Virus record (IMG/VR): IMGVR_UViG_3300029258_001212
Location: 89,541 to 153,540 of that record
DNA: 64,000 bases
Direction: 5' to 3' (one strand)
Source of the DNA: a virus
A program made the translations under genes and the position numbers. This document shows positions 59,986-64,000 of this stretch, one piece after another (position 1 is the stretch's first letter; every line of letters starts with the position of its first letter). The notes below the pieces were generated by a model. That model saw nothing but the letters and a program-made list of their open reading frames with translations. It was not told the origin of the DNA and did not search any database.

Positions 59986-61157
59986 GCGGAAAACACGAAG
60001 AGAGCGTGCTGCACAGGGCGGTCCAGGTGCTGGACGCCATGGAGGCGGCCGGGTGGGACATGGACGATGCGCGCCACAAGGCGAAGATCGCAAAGGAGGC
60101 GTACAACCACGCCACGCGGAAGTACCACAACCAGAGGTACTACAACAACACGGTGCGGATGCCCACGCGGGTGCTGTCCAACATCATCAACCTGGACGAC
60201 TACCTGGGCATCGGGGACAAGTGGTGCCTGGGCACCATCGCCAGCGAGCTGGACGGTGACAAGCGCCGTGGAGCTCCAGGTGTGACCGCGGATACCATCG
60301 TGGTGCCGGCGCCCATGGTGATCGATCTGGTGGACGCCTTCGAGCGTGCGGTGGACAAGATGGTGCGCCAGGCCATCGAACGCGAAGTGATCGCGCCCGA
60401 GCACCTGGACCGCTTCAAGGACCAGATCGAACGCGAGCTCAAGCTCCGGGCGGAAGCCAAGAACACGCGCGGCAACTTCACCCAGCCGGGGGCACGGCTG
60501 ATCGAATCCTTCGAGGAGTTCACCGATGTGTTCGGCGGTTCGGCCGAGAAGACCATCATGGACGCCATGGAGGGCGAGCTGGGGCGCGAGATAGACCGTG
60601 AGCTGGTGGGCGACACCAAGGAGTACACCAAGCGGGTGGAGCGCCCCGCATTCATGGGGGCCCTCGCGTGCGCGGCGGACGTGCGCGGGATCCAGGACGG
60701 CTGGGCTGCGACGGTTGCGGTGGATGACCTGAAGCGCAACTGGCGATTCCAGATTGGCCCCTTTGCGTGGAGCCCGGCGCTGGCCAAGGTTGAGTACCGG
60801 GTGGGTCTGGACGGCAAACCCGACCAGGTGGCCGTGACCGTGGCGGCGCGCGACAGCGGCAGCGGCAAGCTCCCCGACGTGGGAGCCATGCTGGACAGGG
60901 CGATCCAAGAGGAGCGCCCGGTGTGCGCGGAGCTCCGGCGTGAGAACGGGGGCCCCGCGTCCTGGTACTGGGGCGCCAAGGCCAACATCGAACGGCTCCG
61001 GACCGGCAACGGGCAGCTCCACCTCACCTTGGTGACAGACGTGGCGTACATCGCCCACGGCAACCCCCTCGAGGTGGAGGAGGCCAGTATCCAGTTCCGC
61101 AAGGAGGAGTGTGGCCAGCATCGCCCGCGACTCGGCGGAGCTCTGCCGACGTTCTGA
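59982..61157 (+). CDS. Hypothetical protein
   Basis: 391 aa, ATGA overlap, typical codon use. Confidence 0.7.
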   Translation: MSGKHEESVLHRAVQVLDAMEAAGWDMDDARHKAKIAKEAYNHATRKYHNQRYYNNTVRMPTRVLSNIINLDDYLGIGDKWCLGTIASELDGDKRRGAPGVTADTIVVPAPMVIDLVDAFERAVDKMVRQAIEREVIAPEHLDRFKDQIERELKLRAEAKNTRGNFTQPGARLIESFEEFTDVFGGSAEKTIMDAMEGELGREIDRELVGDTKEYTKRVERPAFMGALACAADVRGIQDGWAATVAVDDLKRNWRFQIGPFAWSPALAKVEYRVGLDGKPDQVAVTVAARDSGSGKLPDVGAMLDRAIQEERPVCAELRRENGGPASWYWGAKANIERLRTGNGQLHLTLVTDVAYIAHGNPLEVEEASIQFRKEECGQHRPRLGGALPTF

Positions 61158-61366
61158 TGGGCTTCACGATCCCCTGGTGGGCCTACGCGGTGCTGGGCGC
61201 CGCCGTGGCGGTGACGGTGCTCCTGCCGATCTTCGCCCTGGTGTGCGCCTGGGCTGGGTGGCCCCGCCAGCGGGAGCGCGAGCTCGAGAGGTACGTGGAC
61301 ATACTCCTCGAGGAGAACGACCGATTGGAGGCCCAGTTCGAGGGCCAGGAAGGGATAGACCGATGA
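61157..61366 (+). CDS. Single-TM protein with coiled tail (holin/antiholin candidate)
   Basis: TM then charged helix; directly before amidase. Confidence 0.5.
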   Translation: MGFTIPWWAYAVLGAAVAVTVLLPIFALVCAWAGWPRQRERELERYVDILLEENDRLEAQFEGQEGIDR

Positions 61367-62244
61367 ATAAGCAATGGATCTTGAAGGGAGACCGCGGGCC
61401 AGGCGTGCGTCGGTGGCAGGAGCTACTTCTGGACGCGGGCTACAAGCTCCCCCAGTGGGGCGCGGACGGCGACTTCGGGGACGAGACGGACGAGGCTACC
61501 AGGAAGGCTCAGGCGGACCTGGGTGTGACCACGGATGGGATCGTGGGCCCGAAGACCATGGAGGCGATGCACGCAAGGCTGGACACCCCAGAGGACCAGA
61601 AGCCCAGCGAGCCCATGACGGTGATCGATGGGGTGGAGGTGTTCGATTACCGCGGCCAGCTTGCCCCGCCGAAGAACGGGGTGCCGAGCAAGGGCAACCG
61701 GTGGCCTGAGCTCTCCGGGGTGGTGCTCCATCGGACCGCGTGCCGGCTCGGGGAGAACCCGGAGCGGTACTTCAAGGTGAACGCTCACATGCACGTCACC
61801 CTGGGTGGTCGGATCATCCTGTGCCACCCGTGGGACCTTCACATCTGGCACGGTCACCGGCCGAGCCTGTGGACCCTGGGGATTGAGCTGGACGGCAATC
61901 CCGAAGGCTACCCGGGCTACTGGTGGCAGCCAGGAGGCGGTCCGGACCCGATCACCCCTGAGCAGATCAAGGCGGCCGGGGTGCTCCTCAACCTCATCCT
62001 GGCCGGCTTCAAGGACAATGGGCGGCCGTTCAAGTACATCTACGCTCATCGCCAGGCGTCGGATCAGCGCGAGTGCGACCCTGGGCACGAGGCGTGGGCC
62101 AAGATCGCGGTGCCCTGGATGGAGCAGACCGGGGCGATCCCCGGTGACTCCAACGGTTTCGGTGGCACCACGTTCGGGACCGGCTTCCAGATTCCGCAGA
62201 GCTGGGATCCTCGCTCTCCTACCAAGGGCTTCCGGGTGCAGTGA
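61363..62244 (+). CDS. Endolysin: PG-binding domain plus N-acetylmuramoyl-L-alanine amidase
   Basis: LKGDRG..V..WQ..L, GADGDFG.ET, DGIVGPKT; VVLHRT, WHG, GIE, AHRQ....CDPG. Confidence 0.88.
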   Translation: MNKQWILKGDRGPGVRRWQELLLDAGYKLPQWGADGDFGDETDEATRKAQADLGVTTDGIVGPKTMEAMHARLDTPEDQKPSEPMTVIDGVEVFDYRGQLAPPKNGVPSKGNRWPELSGVVLHRTACRLGENPERYFKVNAHMHVTLGGRIILCHPWDLHIWHGHRPSLWTLGIELDGNPEGYPGYWWQPGGGPDPITPEQIKAAGVLLNLILAGFKDNGRPFKYIYAHRQASDQRECDPGHEAWAKIAVPWMEQTGAIPGDSNGFGGTTFGTGFQIPQSWDPRSPTKGFRVQ

Positions 62245-63098
62245 TGCGGGCGCTACTCTACACGGCTACTACGCTCCCGGACGCATGGTTCCAGCTCGTC
62301 TACGCGCTGGTGAAGGGGGACGCGCCCCGGAACATCTACACCATCGACAAGGGCAGCTACGTGGGCCAGAGGCGCCTCGAGTTCCCCTACGTGACGGTGC
62401 AGATCGATCTCCCGGGGACGCGCCCCCTCATCCCGGAGATTCCGCCGCTCCTCAACATCCCGGCCCCGGTGGAGTCCATGGAGTACGTGAACGACTACTT
62501 CACGCGCTACCTGATGGGCACCGAGCTCGAGAAAGGTGAGACCTACATCTACGGCACCTGGCTTGCGCCCGGGGTGGAGCGGGTGATCGAACAGCTCGCG
62601 GGCGCGCCCGGGAACAACCAGGCGGCCATCAGCATCGGAGGGTGGGCGCCGGGTGAGCACAACCAGGTGATCCGCGAGGCGGCCATGGGTGTGGTGCGGC
62701 GGCTGATGCCAAAGCACCAACGTGATCTGGAGAAGCTGGCGGGCATCACGGCCACCTGTACGGACACGGACAACTTCATTGACCCGGGCACCGGCCAGCG
62801 CGATCCGGCGTGTCTCCGGGTGGTGGACTTCCGGCTCGACCAGGATAACTTCCTGCACATGGTGGTCTACTTCCGGAGCTGGGATCTCTGGGGTGGTTTC
62901 CCCGCCAACCTCGCTGGGCTACAGCTCGTCAAGGAGTACGTCGGGCAGGCCATCGGGGCGCACGATGGCGCCATCATCGCCAGTTCCAAGGGGCTGCACA
63001 TCTACGACCATGCTATCGACGTGGCGGCCCAGCGGCTCGGCATGGCCGGGGTGGGCAGCATGGACGACCTGGTGGGCTGGATCGGTGACCAGGGATGA
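62244..63098 (+). CDS. thyA: Thymidylate synthase-family enzyme (ThyA / dUMP hydroxymethylase-like)
   Basis: Y.YG, DPACL (catalytic Cys), FRSWD..GGFPANL, LHIY. Confidence 0.85.
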   Translation: MRALLYTATTLPDAWFQLVYALVKGDAPRNIYTIDKGSYVGQRRLEFPYVTVQIDLPGTRPLIPEIPPLLNIPAPVESMEYVNDYFTRYLMGTELEKGETYIYGTWLAPGVERVIEQLAGAPGNNQAAISIGGWAPGEHNQVIREAAMGVVRRLMPKHQRDLEKLAGITATCTDTDNFIDPGTGQRDPACLRVVDFRLDQDNFLHMVVYFRSWDLWGGFPANLAGLQLVKEYVGQAIGAHDGAIIASSKGLHIYDHAIDVAAQRLGMAGVGSMDDLVGWIGDQG

Positions 63099-63307
63099 AG
63101 TACCGGGGCTGTAGCAAGTGCCAGGATCTCCCGGAGAGCTCCAACCGGATGCGTGACGCTATCTTGGCATACGCCAGGATTTTGCATCGCTACAACAAGC
63201 CCCGCGTCCACGGGCGCAACATCGACGCCTTGTACGACATTCTGGACTACGGCGAGGACCCCACGAAGGTGCCCAGGTGGCTCACTCCTGGGGATGGAGG
63301 AGAGTGA
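63095..63307 (+). CDS. Hypothetical protein
   Basis: ATGA overlap, CSKC. Confidence 0.55.
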   Translation: MKYRGCSKCQDLPESSNRMRDAILAYARILHRYNKPRVHGRNIDALYDILDYGEDPTKVPRWLTPGDGGE

Positions 63308-63930
63308 TGGGGATTCATGCGGATGATGCCATCGGTGCGATCTTGGACCCGCTTGGGGATGAGGAGGAGTGGCAGCGGATGAATGACGAGGATGGATCCT
63401 GCCCACCGTCCGGGAACGTGCTGTACTTCGAGACGGCTGCGGATGCGGACCGGGTGATCCGCGAGGACAACATCCGCGGGCCGGTCCAGTGCGACTACTG
63501 CGGCGAGGACGCGGAGCTGGTGAAGTCCAGCAAGATCTACGGCCCCGGCCGCAACTACGGCTGGATGTGGGTGTGCTGGCCGTGCAAGGCGTGGGTGGGG
63601 TGCCATGATGGCACGAAGAACGCCCTGGGGCGACTCGCGGACGGCGAGCTCCGCCAGGCGAAGATGGCGGCCCATGCTGCTTTCGATCCGCTCTGGCGGG
63701 ACCACCCGGATCCGCCGTGGGGGCGCCCGGGGCATCGCAAGTCCGCTTACACCTGGCTGGCGGACCAGCTCAACCTTTCCCCTCGCCATTGCCACATCGG
63801 CAAGATGGGCGTGGCCATGTGCCAGCGCGTGGTGGCGGTGTGCCAGCCCTACCTGGACGAGCTTGAGGAGATGGGCTCCGAGGCGGCTGACGGTGAGGAC
63901 ATGACGTGGGGTGACGACGATGCGCGATGA
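63307..63930 (+). CDS. DUF3268-like Zn-finger protein
   Basis: CDYCG, IYG, C.PC.AWVGCH..T...LG.LAD.ELR..K..AH..FD.LW, AY.WLA, CHIG. Confidence 0.8.
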   Translation: MGIHADDAIGAILDPLGDEEEWQRMNDEDGSCPPSGNVLYFETAADADRVIREDNIRGPVQCDYCGEDAELVKSSKIYGPGRNYGWMWVCWPCKAWVGCHDGTKNALGRLADGELRQAKMAAHAAFDPLWRDHPDPPWGRPGHRKSAYTWLADQLNLSPRHCHIGKMGVAMCQRVVAVCQPYLDELEEMGSEAADGEDMTWGDDDAR

Positions 63931-64000
63931 GTACGTGGGGCTCCCCTATGCCAGTGGCTCGGAAACATCCATGGAGGCGGCTAAGAAGTCGGCTGGCAGC
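63920..64000 (+). CDS. Partial gene (3' truncated)
   Basis: MRDEYVGLPYASGSETSMEAA; an ETS.EAA start is common in phage wHTH proteins. Confidence 0.45.
   Translation, partial: MRDEYVGLPYASGSETSMEAAKKSAGS

Noticed and set aside
1-64000. Alternative genetic code or programmed frameshifts
   Set aside because: Standard-code ORFs tile the + strand with coupled junctions; conserved genes are uninterrupted

Overview
This is a 64-kb slice of a large, high-GC tailed dsDNA phage (contractile-tail/CIS-tube type). It may be a free phage or a plasmid-like prophage, since no integrase, att site, host gene, tRNA or CRISPR array is visible. Essentially all real genes lie on the + strand with overlapping stop/start codons, and the long minus-strand ORFs are shadows. 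Layout: 1-12.7 kb virion accessory/tail-fibre and lysis-membrane genes; 12.7-14.9 kb a structured non-coding leader, a DUF5131 radical-SAM-like gene, a DNA methyltransferase and an iteron-like origin; 15-35 kb replication/recombination genes (HTH initiator, DnaC-like loader, DnaB, primase, SSB, SF2 helicase, RecA, resolvases, Cas4-like nuclease, GroES) with peptidoglycan hydrolases embedded; 35-51 kb ParB, DHH, a TGT/DpdA-like plus SNF2 pair, a Topo VI-A-like protein and many small genes; 51.5-53.5 kb terminase large subunit; then small genes, HNH, amidase and ThyA-like. Sigma54 promoters, spanin-like lipoproteins and Met-Arg-Pro/Ala-Pro-Met linkers suggest a Gram-negative, possibly Myxococcota-type host (inference). 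The best candidate new system is a ~72-bp element present 5 times. It places a consensus sigma54 (-24/-12) promoter face-to-face with a MerR-style sigma70 promoter (TTGACT, 21/22-bp dyad spacer, TAAGGT) over a shared AT-rich melting zone, and the phage encodes a single-chain tandem MerR-HTH protein. The second candidate is a ~330-nt multi-stem leader with mutually exclusive terminator/antiterminator helices upstream of the DUF5131-MTase-origin cassette. All functional calls come from reading motifs by eye; no database search was run.
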